Both the position numbers and the translations under genes were made by a program. This document shows, piece by piece, positions 49,221 to 58,793 of a stretch of 64,000 bases of DNA. Under the pieces are notes generated by a model. That model made no database searches. It had not been told where the DNA came from and saw only the letters and a program-made list of their open reading frames with translations. How positions within the stretch are numbered: position 1 is the first letter of the stretch; each line of letters starts with the position of its first letter. This DNA comes from Roseibacillus sp. (GTDB taxonomy: Bacteria > Verrucomicrobiota > Verrucomicrobiia > Verrucomicrobiales > Akkermansiaceae). Where the stretch lies: contig JBPOGI010000004.1 in NCBI GenBank assembly GCA_051251855.1, positions 64,001 to 128,000 of the forward strand, written 5' to 3'.

Positions 49221-50297
49221 ATGGCCAGCCTCTCTCCGCTTCCACTTCCTGAATTCTCTCGGCTTGATTCGGGGGCGATTTGGCAGGCCTTGCTGGCGGC
49301 GCATCGCGATCTGGCGGAGCTGAAAGGGCTTTGTGCTTCCCTACCCAATCCCAGCATCCTCCTCGAAACCCTCTCCATTCAGGAAGCGAAAGATAGCTCC
49401 GAGATCGAGAACATCATTACCACTCACGATGAACTCTTTGCCTCTCAGGTCGATCCGGCCGTTGGGGTGGCGGCGAAAGAGGTGCAGCATTATTTGTCGG
49501 CTTTGAAGGTGGGCTATGCCGAAGTGCAGCAGAGTGGTCTCATTCGGTTAGAGACCATCCTCGCCGTGCAGGCGGAAATCGAACAAAACAGAGCGGGTCT
49601 GCGCCAGGTCCCCGGCACGGTCTTGCGCAACGAGGTCACTGGGGAAACGGTGTTCGAACCGCCCCAAGACGGTGCCGAAGTGGCGTCGTTGATGGCCAAC
49701 TTGATCGACTTTATCCATTCCGAGGATGACCTCGATCCCCTGCTCCGGATGGCGATTGTTCATCATCAGTTTGAGAGCATTCACCCTTTTTACGATGGCA
49801 ACGGACGCACCGGGCGCATCCTCAATATTCTGATGCTCATTCGCGACGACCTCTTGGAGCTGCCTATTCTTTATCTCAGCCGTTACATCAATCAGACGAA
49901 GTCAGACTACTACCAACTCTTGCAAACTGTTCGAGAAGAGAACCGCTGGGAGCAGTGGTGCATCTACCTGCTCAAAGGAATCTCGCTCGCGGCTCGCAGT
50001 GAGCTTGCGCTCATCAAGGAGCTCAGGGATTTGATGCAGGCGGTGAAAATCAAACTCCGTGACGAGTTCCCCAAGTTCTACAGTCAGGACCTCCTCAACA
50101 ACCTCTTCCGCTATCCCTATACCAAGATCGAGTTTATCGAGAGAGAGCTCGGGGTCTCCCGCCCGACTGCGACGAAGTATCTCAATCTCCTCGTGGACTC
50201 CGGCTATCTGGAGAAGCAGAAAATCGGTCGCACCAACTTCTTTATCAACCGTCCTCTTTTCCGCCTGCTCACCACCATCACTCTCCCTAGCTCCTAG
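49221..50297 (+). CDS. Class II Fic protein with Fic_N domain and C-terminal winged HTH (SoFic-like)
   Basis: N-terminal SSEIEN inhibitory motif; HPFYDGNGRTGR; C-terminal LGVSRPTATKYLNLL HTH. Confidence 0.9.
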   Translation: MASLSPLPLPEFSRLDSGAIWQALLAAHRDLAELKGLCASLPNPSILLETLSIQEAKDSSEIENIITTHDELFASQVDPAVGVAAKEVQHYLSALKVGYAEVQQSGLIRLETILAVQAEIEQNRAGLRQVPGTVLRNEVTGETVFEPPQDGAEVASLMANLIDFIHSEDDLDPLLRMAIVHHQFESIHPFYDGNGRTGRILNILMLIRDDLLELPILYLSRYINQTKSDYYQLLQTVREENRWEQWCIYLLKGISLAARSELALIKELRDLMQAVKIKLRDEFPKFYSQDLLNNLFRYPYTKIEFIERELGVSRPTATKYLNLLVDSGYLEKQKIGRTNFFINRPLFRLLTTITLPSS

Positions 50298-50299
50298 CC

Positions 50300-53209
50300 A
50301 TGCCAACCCAATCCGAACAAGTCCTGGAAGATAATCTCGTCGCTCAACTGGTGGGACAGGATTACCCAAAGGTCGCCGTCACTGATGAAGAATCGATGTT
50401 GGCCAACCTCAAGGCGCAGTTGGAGGCCTTCAATGAAGTGGCCCTGACGCCGGGTGAGTTTACCAAGGTGCTGCATCACCTCAACAAGAGCGCGGGCGTC
50501 TTCAACAAAGCGAAGACCCTCCGCGATCGGATGAGGCTGGAGCGGAAGGATGGCAGCTCCAAGTATCTCGATTTCTTTGATTCCGATACTCCCCTGCGCA
50601 ATCGCTATCAGGTCACGCAGCAGGTGACGATGGAGGGCAGTTACAAGAATCGTTACGACGTGACCATCCTCGTCAACGGACTGCCACTGGTGCAAATCGA
50701 GCTCAAGCGACGCGGGCTGGAGATGAAGGAAGCTTTCAATCAAATTCAGCGCTACCAGAAGCACACCTTCTGGAGCGGTCATGGCCTCTTCCACTTCGTG
50801 CAACTCTTCGTCATCAGCAATGGGGTGAACACCAAGTATTACGCCAATGCGCGGAAGCAGAGCTTCAAGCAAACCTTCTACTGGGCGCAGGAGGACAACA
50901 CCACCATCCGCGGGTTGAGGCCATTCGCCGACACCTTCCTGAACCGCGAGCACCTCGGCACTATGATTGGCAAATATGTGGTGCTCAACGAGACCGACAA
51001 GATCCTGATGGTGCTGCGCCCCTACCAATACTACGCCACCGAGAAGATCGTGGAGCGAGTGATGAATCCTCCTGCCGAAAATGCTAACGGCTATATCTGG
51101 CACACTACGGGTTCGGGTAAGACCCTCACCTCCTTCAAAGCGGCGCAGCTCATGACGGCCCTTCCGGATGTCCACAAGGTGGTTTTTTGCGTGGATCGCA
51201 AGGACTTGGATTACCAGACCATTAAGGAGTTCAACGGCTTCAGCAAAGGCAGCGTCGATAGCACGAACAACACTAAAAAGCTGGTCGAACAGTTCACCGA
51301 CGACACCAAACTGATCGTCACGACCTTGCAGAAGCTGAACACGGCGATCAGCAAACAGAAGTATCTGGCACAGATGGCTGGACTTCAAAACGAGCGCATC
51401 ATCTTCATCTTCGACGAGTGCCACCGCAGCCAGTTCGGCGATACCCATCAGCGCATTTGTGGCTTCTTCCAAAAGCATCAGATGTTTGGCTTCACGGGCA
51501 CGCCCATTTTCGCCGACAACGCGGCTCCTCTCTCCAAGAGCAAAAAGGAGAAGCAGAAACAGGTGGTGGAGGAGGCTCAGGTGGTCTACGGCTCTCCAGC
51601 GCGGACCACGAAGGATCTCTTCCACGAGAAGCTCCACTCCTACGTGATCACCGATGCCATCAAGGATGAGAACGTGCTGAAGTTTTCGGTGGAATATGTC
51701 GGGCGTTACAAAAAGAAGGAAAGCGACACCGTTGCGGCCGACATTGAGGTCGAGGCCATCAACACCAAGGAGGTGGTCGAGGATGATCGCCGGCTGGAGA
51801 AGATCGCGGACTACATCATCGACCATCATCAGGTGAAAACGCGGAACAAGGAGTTCACCGCGATGTTTTGCGTGAGTTCGGTGGACATGCTCATCAAGTA
51901 TTACGAACTCTTCGCCAAGAAGAAGGACGAGGGAACGCACAAGCTCCGCGTGGCGACTATCTTCAGCTATACCGCGAATGAGGTGGACTCGGATGCGGAT
52001 GGGATTCTCGATGAAGATAGCGAAATCATCGGCGGGGAGGGAGGCAATCCACACACCCGGGAAAAGCTGGATGGCTTCATCAGCGACTACAACGCGATGT
52101 TCGACACCAAGTATTCCACCAAGGACACCCAGTCTTTCTACAACTATTATCAGGACATCGCCAAGAAGGTGAAGGAGCGCAAGGTGGACGTCCTGCTGGT
52201 GGTGAACATGTTCCTGACGGGGTTCGACAGCAAGTCCCTGAACACGATGTATGTGGACAAGAACTTGAAATACCATGGGCTGATCCAAGCCTACTCCCGC
52301 ACGAATCGAATCCTTAACGAGGTCAAGAGTCAGGGCAATATCGTCGTTTTCAGGAATCTCAAAAAAGCGACAGACAAGGCGGTGGCTCTCTTCTCTAACA
52401 AAGAGGCTAAGGAGAGTATCTTTGTCCCTCCCTACAACGACTATGTGAAGAAATTCAATGAGGTGGTTGTAGAGCTGCTCACTCTCACGCCCACCGTCCG
52501 CGACGTGAAGGAGCTCCCTGATGAAGAGGCTGAACTGAAGTTCGTCAGGATTTTTAGGGAGCTGATGCGCTTGCGGAATATTCTGGAATCCTTTTCGGAG
52601 TTCGAAGACGACAACTTGGCTTTACCAGCCCAGCGTTTCGCCGACTACCGCAGCGCCTATCTAGATCTTTACGACAAGGTGAAGACGGACAACCGGAAAG
52701 AGAAGGCCTCCATTCTCGACGACGTGGACTTCGAGCTTGAGCTGATTCATCGCGACGTCATCAACGTGCAATACATTCTCTCCCTTCTGGCCCAGCTCTA
52801 CGAAGCCGACGGAGACCAACAGCCACAAATTCGCAATCTCATTCTGGATTCGGTCGCGGGCGAGCTCGAACTCCGCAGTAAACGAGAGCTCATCCAAAAG
52901 TTCATCGACAGCACCCTCCCCGATCTTGGGAGTGCCGCTGAGATCCCGGACTCCTTCGAGGACTTCTGGGAACAAGAGCGTCTCTCCGCCTTCGAACAAC
53001 TCGTGAAAGAGGAGGAGCTGGATGCGGACAAGCTCAAGAAGGTCATCGACCGCTTCGTCTACACCGGCAAGAAGCCATTGCCCGACCCCGACATTGTCGA
53101 ACTGATCGAACGGCCGCTCAAACTGGTAGAACGTGCTCCGACAAGAAAGCGAGTGCTAGAAAAGGTCGTCGACTTTGTGGAGACCTTCATCCAAGGAATT
53201 GCTGCGTAG
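50300..53209 (+). CDS. hsdR: Type I restriction endonuclease subunit R (EcoR124I-like)
   Basis: RYDVTILVNGLPLVQIELK nuclease motif; HTTGSGKT, DECHR, FTGTP, MFLTGFD and QAYSRTNR helicase motifs. Confidence 0.97.
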   Translation: MPTQSEQVLEDNLVAQLVGQDYPKVAVTDEESMLANLKAQLEAFNEVALTPGEFTKVLHHLNKSAGVFNKAKTLRDRMRLERKDGSSKYLDFFDSDTPLRNRYQVTQQVTMEGSYKNRYDVTILVNGLPLVQIELKRRGLEMKEAFNQIQRYQKHTFWSGHGLFHFVQLFVISNGVNTKYYANARKQSFKQTFYWAQEDNTTIRGLRPFADTFLNREHLGTMIGKYVVLNETDKILMVLRPYQYYATEKIVERVMNPPAENANGYIWHTTGSGKTLTSFKAAQLMTALPDVHKVVFCVDRKDLDYQTIKEFNGFSKGSVDSTNNTKKLVEQFTDDTKLIVTTLQKLNTAISKQKYLAQMAGLQNERIIFIFDECHRSQFGDTHQRICGFFQKHQMFGFTGTPIFADNAAPLSKSKKEKQKQVVEEAQVVYGSPARTTKDLFHEKLHSYVITDAIKDENVLKFSVEYVGRYKKKESDTVAADIEVEAINTKEVVEDDRRLEKIADYIIDHHQVKTRNKEFTAMFCVSSVDMLIKYYELFAKKKDEGTHKLRVATIFSYTANEVDSDADGILDEDSEIIGGEGGNPHTREKLDGFISDYNAMFDTKYSTKDTQSFYNYYQDIAKKVKERKVDVLLVVNMFLTGFDSKSLNTMYVDKNLKYHGLIQAYSRTNRILNEVKSQGNIVVFRNLKKATDKAVALFSNKEAKESIFVPPYNDYVKKFNEVVVELLTLTPTVRDVKELPDEEAELKFVRIFRELMRLRNILESFSEFEDDNLALPAQRFADYRSAYLDLYDKVKTDNRKEKASILDDVDFELELIHRDVINVQYILSLLAQLYEADGDQQPQIRNLILDSVAGELELRSKRELIQKFIDSTLPDLGSAAEIPDSFEDFWEQERLSAFEQLVKEEELDADKLKKVIDRFVYTGKKPLPDPDIVELIERPLKLVERAPTRKRVLEKVVDFVETFIQGIAA

Positions 53210-53212
53210 ACA

Positions 53213-53275
53213 GGAGAGGCGACCTTTACTGTCGCCTGCTAGAACCTCCGGCGGCAATAAAGGCCGCCGCTCCAT
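53213..53275. repeat. 63-bp type A REP doublet; right direct repeat of the defence island
   Basis: Identical to 42441-42503; fills almost the whole gap between convergent genes. Confidence 0.93.
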
Positions 53276-54013
53276 TCAGTCTTGAATCAGCTCAATGCCG
53301 TCTTCGTCGACATAAACAACTGGAAGCTTACCAAGGCTTTTGAGTTGGCCTTGGATGCGGACGGGTTCGGCGACGAGGGGGAGGACGAGGTCGTTAATGG
53401 GTTGGCCTTGTTCGCCGACCATCAGGGTGTAGGTCGCGTTTCCTTCTGGATCTCGCACCACGAGGACGGGGGGAATGCCGCCGGAGATGCAGTTGATGGC
53501 GCAGGCGCGGTGAGGCTTGAGGTTGCCGGGATTCATGACGCCGAGGTAGCATTTGGAGTCCACGATTTCGCCTTCTAACACCACTGGACCCTGCTCCTTG
53601 AGCGCGGGAATGATGTTGTCTCCCGAATGCTCCACTTCGCGCACGGTTTCCGCCAAACCTTCGATCATCTCCTGACCATCGCGGGAAATGAGGGTGCCGT
53701 TCAGGGTCACTCGTTTGAGATGAAACTTGGCTGCGGTCTCTTCATCGAAACCAAACTTGAGCGGGTTCACCAGAAAGCGGACTTCGTTATCGTCTCCGAT
53801 GAGGATAGGCGCGGGTTCCTTGAGAAGAATCCCGGTAAATTCTTTCGTCTCCAAATCCCACTTGGCATCCTTGGCCACGGTTCGCTGCATCGCAGAAACC
53901 GCCACCGCAGTGACCGCCACGATGAGAGCCGTCACAATCACCAGCCGTTTCAAGAAACGTCCGTTTTCCTGAGGTGCTTTCCCCTGCCAGCCAATAAAAA
54001 ATTCTTCACTCAT
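53276..54013 (-). CDS. Hypothetical membrane-anchored protein with Cys/His motif
   Basis: N-terminal TM; GEIVDSKCYLGVMNPG..KPHRACAINCISGGIPP; ATGA overlap with upstream gene. Confidence 0.8.
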   Translation of the reverse strand: MSEEFFIGWQGKAPQENGRFLKRLVIVTALIVAVTAVAVSAMQRTVAKDAKWDLETKEFTGILLKEPAPILIGDDNEVRFLVNPLKFGFDEETAAKFHLKRVTLNGTLISRDGQEMIEGLAETVREVEHSGDNIIPALKEQGPVVLEGEIVDSKCYLGVMNPGNLKPHRACAINCISGGIPPVLVVRDPEGNATYTLMVGEQGQPINDLVLPLVAEPVRIQGQLKSLGKLPVVYVDEDGIELIQD

Positions 54014-55050
54014 ACTGTTTCAATTGTTGCTGGTTCCACCGACACGCCAGTGCCTTCCGGCTGCTGACTCACCCAGACATCGCCTTTGATGATCTTCACC
54101 TGAAAGACAGGAATCTTCTCCGTGAAGGGCGGTGGCGAGCAGCCGTCCTCCATCTTGTACTGATAGCCATGCCAAGGGCAGGTGAGACAACCGGAGACAA
54201 ACTTTCCTTCCGTGAGGGGACCATTCTGATGCTGACAAACGCCCGAGACCGCCGAGACTTTGTTGCCTTCGTAAAGCACCACCGCCACTCGCTCTCCATC
54301 GACGGTGACGCCGTGTGGAGTGTCTTCCACCAAATCAGCGACTGCACACACTTTCACAAAGCCATCTTGACGTTCCCCGTCCCACTCCTCGTCAATCCCC
54401 CGCTGGCGAAACCCTGCCAGTAAGTGCGCTCCGCCCACCGCGACCACACCCACTCCTGAGAGCACCGCATAGACGGGATGAGTCTCCGCTTGCAGAACAC
54501 CAAAGGCGACGTGAACCACCAAGAGCACAAAGGCCACATAGACGAGCATGTGCAGCGCCCTCCAAACTGGAGCGGTGAGATTGGCGAGCCAGAAGTCATG
54601 ACTGGTCGCCGCCATCGCAAAGAGAATCAACAAGGCAAAAAATCCAAAGGCTTGGAACGGAAAGGAACCCATGGTCGCTCCTGCATCGCTGGTGAAGATG
54701 GAGACGATGGGATTCACGTTGCCCCAGGAGTGATAGTAGAGCGTCACCAAGGCGGCATGAATGAGTGCGAGCAGGAACATGGTCACTCCCAAGTGGCGGC
54801 GATTGTAGAGCACCGGCAACCACCGCTTATCCAAGCGAGCCAGCGGGCCGATGAGCAAGATGAAGTGCAGCAAGAGCCAAGCCGCTGTCGAGGTGGCGCG
54901 CATCAAGAGAATCATGATGTCGAAGCTCGGATTGAGCGCGAGCCCCACTCCGATGAAAGCCACCAAATAGACCACCACCGAGACTACGAGAATAAGGTCG
55001 TAGCGCTTCTTAAAGGCATTCCAGCCTACTCCTTTATAAGCGGCGCTCAT
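54010..55050 (-). CDS. Ferric-reductase-like (MsrQ-type) transmembrane domain fused to a Rieske [2Fe-2S] domain
   Basis: ~6 TM with NRRHLG, LIH, ATSH, WRALHMLVY and VVH; C-terminal CQH...CPWHG. Confidence 0.9.
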   Translation of the reverse strand: MSAAYKGVGWNAFKKRYDLILVVSVVVYLVAFIGVGLALNPSFDIMILLMRATSTAAWLLLHFILLIGPLARLDKRWLPVLYNRRHLGVTMFLLALIHAALVTLYYHSWGNVNPIVSIFTSDAGATMGSFPFQAFGFFALLILFAMAATSHDFWLANLTAPVWRALHMLVYVAFVLLVVHVAFGVLQAETHPVYAVLSGVGVVAVGGAHLLAGFRQRGIDEEWDGERQDGFVKVCAVADLVEDTPHGVTVDGERVAVVLYEGNKVSAVSGVCQHQNGPLTEGKFVSGCLTCPWHGYQYKMEDGCSPPPFTEKIPVFQVKIIKGDVWVSQQPEGTGVSVEPATIETV

Positions 55051-55199
55051 GAGTCTTTTCCTTTCTCCAAGGCTTGAGGAACCTCCTCCATCACCGGCAT
55101 TTCCACTCGATTAACGAGCGCATAAGCCAGCGCCGCCAAGGCTAAAGGGGCGAGAATGAGCCATATGAGGCGATGTTGTTTTCTGAGATTTCGTTGCAT
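55047..55199 (-). CDS. Small 50-aa single-TM protein (not in ORF track)
   Basis: MQRNLRKQHRLIWLILAPLALAALAYALVNRVEMPVMEEVPQALEKGKDS*; starts 3 bp after the upstream stop and overlaps the next start (ATGA). Confidence 0.75.
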   Translation of the reverse strand: MQRNLRKQHRLIWLILAPLALAALAYALVNRVEMPVMEEVPQALEKGKDS

Positions 55200-55202
55200 T
55201 AT

Positions 55203-55430
55203 TTAACGGTGGGCAGAGTTCTCGACAGGCGGTTGCGCTTTCTTAATCCAACGCTTCAAAAGAAGGGGCCAAAAGAGAGCGACTCCTGGGAAAATGAAGA
55301 GCTTGAACCCTTTGCTGCCTTCCTCGGCCGCGGGATCGATTGCTCTCGCCCCCTTGAGAACAAATGGAATCGCGAACACGACTCCGAGCAGGAAGTAGAC
55401 TCCCACCATTATCAAAACTATTTCCAACAC
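55203..55430 (-). CDS. Small 75-aa membrane protein
   Basis: Two hydrophobic segments; IDPAA...FIFPG..LFWP.LL..W; first gene of a tightly coupled 4-gene unit. Confidence 0.75.
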   Translation of the reverse strand: MLEIVLIMVGVYFLLGVVFAIPFVLKGARAIDPAAEEGSKGFKLFIFPGVALFWPLLLKRWIKKAQPPVENSAHR

Positions 55431-55550
55431 GACTCTAGACTACACATTCGAAAACTTCTCACAAGAGACAGCTTTGAAGCGGGAACACATCCCTTGCGGT
55501 AAGACGGACCAGTGGGGCGGCTTGCAAAGCCACGCTCCCGTGTCTGCAGC

Positions 55551-56921
55551 TTAGCTATCATATTTTCTTACTTCTTTGATGGCCTGCACGGCGGCATCTA
55601 ACAAGAGCTCAGGCAAAGCGGGATGAACATACATCATCTCGGCCATCTCCCGCACGTCGTTTTTCAATCGCATGATGGCGAGGACTTGATGCAAGACGGT
55701 GGAAGATTCTGGGCCCACGAGGTGACACCCCAAGATGGAGTAGTCGTCAGGATTGACCAAGAGCTTGATGCGAGGGTAGTCCAAACGCGATGCCATGGCG
55801 CGAGCGCTCGCCTTCCAATCTTGAAAGACCTTCACGTAAGGAGTGCCCGCCTTTTCCAGCTCTTGCTCAGTGGCTCCGACAGCGGCTACTTCTGGATGAG
55901 TGAAAACGCCATGCGGCACCCTATCGTGATTCATCGATCCCGTTTCTCCCTTCAACAACACCTGCCGCAAGTAATGAACATGATAGCTCGCCACATGTTG
56001 AAGCTGGATATTCCCAGAGACATCTCCCGCCGCGTAGACGCCCTCCACATTGGTTCGGAGAGAATCATCGACCTCAAAGAATCCCCGTCGGTCCGTTTTC
56101 AAATCAGTATTCTCAAGCCCGATATCGTCGGTATTGGCTATGCGACCAATGGCAAAGAGCACTTTCTCGCTTTCGTGAGTCGAAGTGCTGCCATCGCTAT
56201 GCTTGAGCTCCAACTTCACGCCATCAGCGACATCCTCAACCGCAGCAACCTCGACCCCGAAAGTTGTCGGCACATGTTGGGTGAACTGCTCTTGGAAGAC
56301 TTCTACGATATCCTTGTCCTCAATCGGCAAGAGCCCCTCACCGCGCACCAGCAATCGAGTCTCGATTCCCACTGCGGCAAAGAACGAGGCCAACTCGCAA
56401 GCAATAAAGCCACCACCCACAATGGTGATCGAGCGCGGCGGTGGACCCTCGAGCGGAAAGATATTTTCGTTGGTCCACACATGAGGCCCACTGAAAGGAG
56501 TCGGGCTCGGACGCGTGCCAGTGGCGACTACGACCGTCTCCCCTTCTAACTGCTCTCCATTCACCTCAACCTGTTTGTTAGAGAGAAAGCGACCTTGCCC
56601 TCGATAAAGATCCACCCCATCGAGACGGCTTTCATAACGCGGGTCCACCCCCTTCACCCAATCACCCACATCCTGAAAGATACGATCCACATCAATGGAC
56701 TTAATCTCGGCATCGATAAAGTGACGGTCCGCACCCCTCACCGCCAGCGCAGCTTCCGCAAAGCCAATCAACAACTTGGAAGGCACACAGCCCGTATTGG
56801 GACAAGTGCCCCCCAAGCGGTCCCGCTCGATGAGAGCGACACTTTTTCCAGCCTTCGCCGCCGCCATCGCCAACCCCGAGGCACGACCGCCTCCTATTAC
56901 TATCAAATCGTATTTTTTCAT
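55551..56921 (-). CDS. Class I pyridine nucleotide-disulfide oxidoreductase (dihydrolipoamide dehydrogenase / mycothione / mercuric reductase-like)
   Basis: IVIGGG, GGTCPNTGCVPSK, GGGFIACE, YAAGD and HPALPE motifs. Confidence 0.92.
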   Translation of the reverse strand: MKKYDLIVIGGGRASGLAMAAAKAGKSVALIERDRLGGTCPNTGCVPSKLLIGFAEAALAVRGADRHFIDAEIKSIDVDRIFQDVGDWVKGVDPRYESRLDGVDLYRGQGRFLSNKQVEVNGEQLEGETVVVATGTRPSPTPFSGPHVWTNENIFPLEGPPPRSITIVGGGFIACELASFFAAVGIETRLLVRGEGLLPIEDKDIVEVFQEQFTQHVPTTFGVEVAAVEDVADGVKLELKHSDGSTSTHESEKVLFAIGRIANTDDIGLENTDLKTDRRGFFEVDDSLRTNVEGVYAAGDVSGNIQLQHVASYHVHYLRQVLLKGETGSMNHDRVPHGVFTHPEVAAVGATEQELEKAGTPYVKVFQDWKASARAMASRLDYPRIKLLVNPDDYSILGCHLVGPESSTVLHQVLAIMRLKNDVREMAEMMYVHPALPELLLDAAVQAIKEVRKYDS

Positions 56922-56964
56922 TTCCTATCCGCTTCAAAAAACCGCCAAAACTGAAACCCTACTC

Positions 56965-57726
56965 CTAAACTTGGTGCTCTGGGCTCGCCCAACCAGTCTT
57001 GCAGCCAGAGCTCCAGGCTTTGGGACTGTTACCATGAGCAGGAATTCCTCCTGCGTCCTTCAACATGCGTGCCATGTGGAGGGTATTCCAAACAAGAAAA
57101 GTGGTGTTGCGATTGGTAAAGTCATTCTCCGGCCCACCCGATCCTTCGTCCATGTAGGAAGGTCCTGGCCCCGCCTCTCCCATCCAACCTGCATCCGGTT
57201 GCGGCGGAATGGTGTATCCAATGTGCGAAAGCGAGAACAAGATGTTCATCGCGCAGTGCTTCACCCCGTCTTCGTTTCCGGTAATGAGGCAAGCCCCGAC
57301 ATCGCCATAAGGACGATTCTGCTCTTTCTCGTTAAGTTGACCAGTATAGCCATACATGCGCTCAAAGACGCGGTTGCATACCGAGGTCTTTTCCCCCAAC
57401 CAAACCGAGGTGCACACAATCAAAATATCAGCGGCGTCGATCTCTTTCTGAATCTGCGGCCAGTCATCTTTGTCCCACTCAGGTGTCTCCGACATGTCTA
57501 AACCGAGCCCAGCAGGAATCTCATAGTCGACGGGTCGAATGATTTTGGTCTGAGCTCCGTTCGCTTCGTAAATCCCCTGCGCTACTTTAATCAACCCTTC
57601 GGTATGCGAGCGGCGAGGGGTGCGCTCAAGAGTGCAGTTGAGGAAGAGGACCTTAAGATCATCATACGTTGCGGGAGCCTTGGTGCCGCATTGAAGGGCC
57701 TTCATCTTTTCAAGTTGTTCTGACAT
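56965..57726 (-). CDS. Flavodoxin-like NAD(P)H-dependent FMN reductase family protein
   Basis: LNCTL...SHT, AADILIVCTSVWLG and TGNEDG motifs; start at MSEQL. Confidence 0.85.
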   Translation of the reverse strand: MSEQLEKMKALQCGTKAPATYDDLKVLFLNCTLERTPRRSHTEGLIKVAQGIYEANGAQTKIIRPVDYEIPAGLGLDMSETPEWDKDDWPQIQKEIDAADILIVCTSVWLGEKTSVCNRVFERMYGYTGQLNEKEQNRPYGDVGACLITGNEDGVKHCAMNILFSLSHIGYTIPPQPDAGWMGEAGPGPSYMDEGSGGPENDFTNRNTTFLVWNTLHMARMLKDAGGIPAHGNSPKAWSSGCKTGWASPEHQV

Positions 57727-57983
57727 CTGATTGTGTTGGTTCGTTTGCGGTTTGCGGTTGCGGTGTCCCTGAGGAGGTTTCGAGAACACCTAGTCTCGTC
57801 TCACGAAACCAATCTTCTCCCTACGCTCACTCTCCTTGATAGCCAAAATCCACCCGCTCTTCGAACGAAATCAGCAACCATTTCAACCTTCGTCCTTCAT
57901 TCACGAAGGAACGAGGATAAGAGCCAAGGGAGAGAACTTTATTCCCCAGATATTCCTACCCAATGGAACAGGCTGCAAATCGC

Positions 57984-58562
57984 CTAGGAACGGCGCAAAA
58001 TCAACTGCAAGACTTCCTCACGGGAAGACGCATTGTCGCGAAAAATCCCCCGCATCGATGAAGTCACCGTTTCGCTACCTGGCTTTTTAATACCGCGCAT
58101 CGACATGCACATGTGTTGAGCCTCCAAGACAACGGCCACTCCTCGAGGCTTCAGCTTTTCCTCGATCGCGTTCGCAATCTGACTGGTAAGACGCTCTTGC
58201 ACTTGTGGTCTTTTGGCAAAGCCATCAACCAGTCGCGCTAACTTAGACAACCCCGTAATCCGGCCATCGGGCTCGGGCAAATAACCCACATGAGCTCTCC
58301 CAAAGAACGGAACGAGATGATGTTCGCATATGGAGTAGAAAGTAATGTCCCGTACCACAATGACTTCATCATGATCGACCTCGAAAGTCTTGTTGAGGTG
58401 TTCAGCCGGATCTTCCATCAAGCCACCACAAACTTCCGTAAAGTAACGTGCCACCCGGTCAGGCGTATCCAAAAGACCATCTCGTTCTGGGTCCTCCCCT
58501 ATCGCTGCGAGAATTTCTTTCACAGCCTTCGCGATTCGGTCTTGGTCTACTTCTTTACTCAT
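57984..58562 (-). CDS. folE: GTP cyclohydrolase I
   Basis: [33 protein letters not shown] and HMCMSMRG motifs; start at MSKEV. Confidence 0.96.
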   Translation of the reverse strand: MSKEVDQDRIAKAVKEILAAIGEDPERDGLLDTPDRVARYFTEVCGGLMEDPAEHLNKTFEVDHDEVIVVRDITFYSICEHHLVPFFGRAHVGYLPEPDGRITGLSKLARLVDGFAKRPQVQERLTSQIANAIEEKLKPRGVAVVLEAQHMCMSMRGIKKPGSETVTSSMRGIFRDNASSREEVLQLILRRS

Positions 58563-58793
58563 AAAGTCTCGGTAACGGGGGCGAGTATATCCTCTCCCCC
58601 ACAAAGTTACCAACCTTGAGGAAGAAAAAGTCTCTCTTCTCATCTCCGAAGTGTTCCTGCTTTTTGAGGACTGAGTAATCCCACCTCACTTTGGACTACA
58701 AAATGCAGCGAAATTCGGAATCAGGCCCCTCCGTTTCTCTCTTGCGGCAGGCCGAACATTTTGACAACCTGCCCGTAACAACAACGCTCGAAA

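Noticed and set aside
50294..52288. 664-aa minus-strand ORF
   Set aside because: Antisense shadow of hsdR; no motifs
42441..53275. Prophage, ICE or IS-bounded transposon
   Set aside because: No integrase, transposase, relaxase, phage gene or tRNA attachment site is visible
55551..56921. Assigning lpdA or merA
   Set aside because: No 2-oxoacid dehydrogenase genes adjacent, and no C-terminal Cys pair or NmerA domain; substrate unresolved
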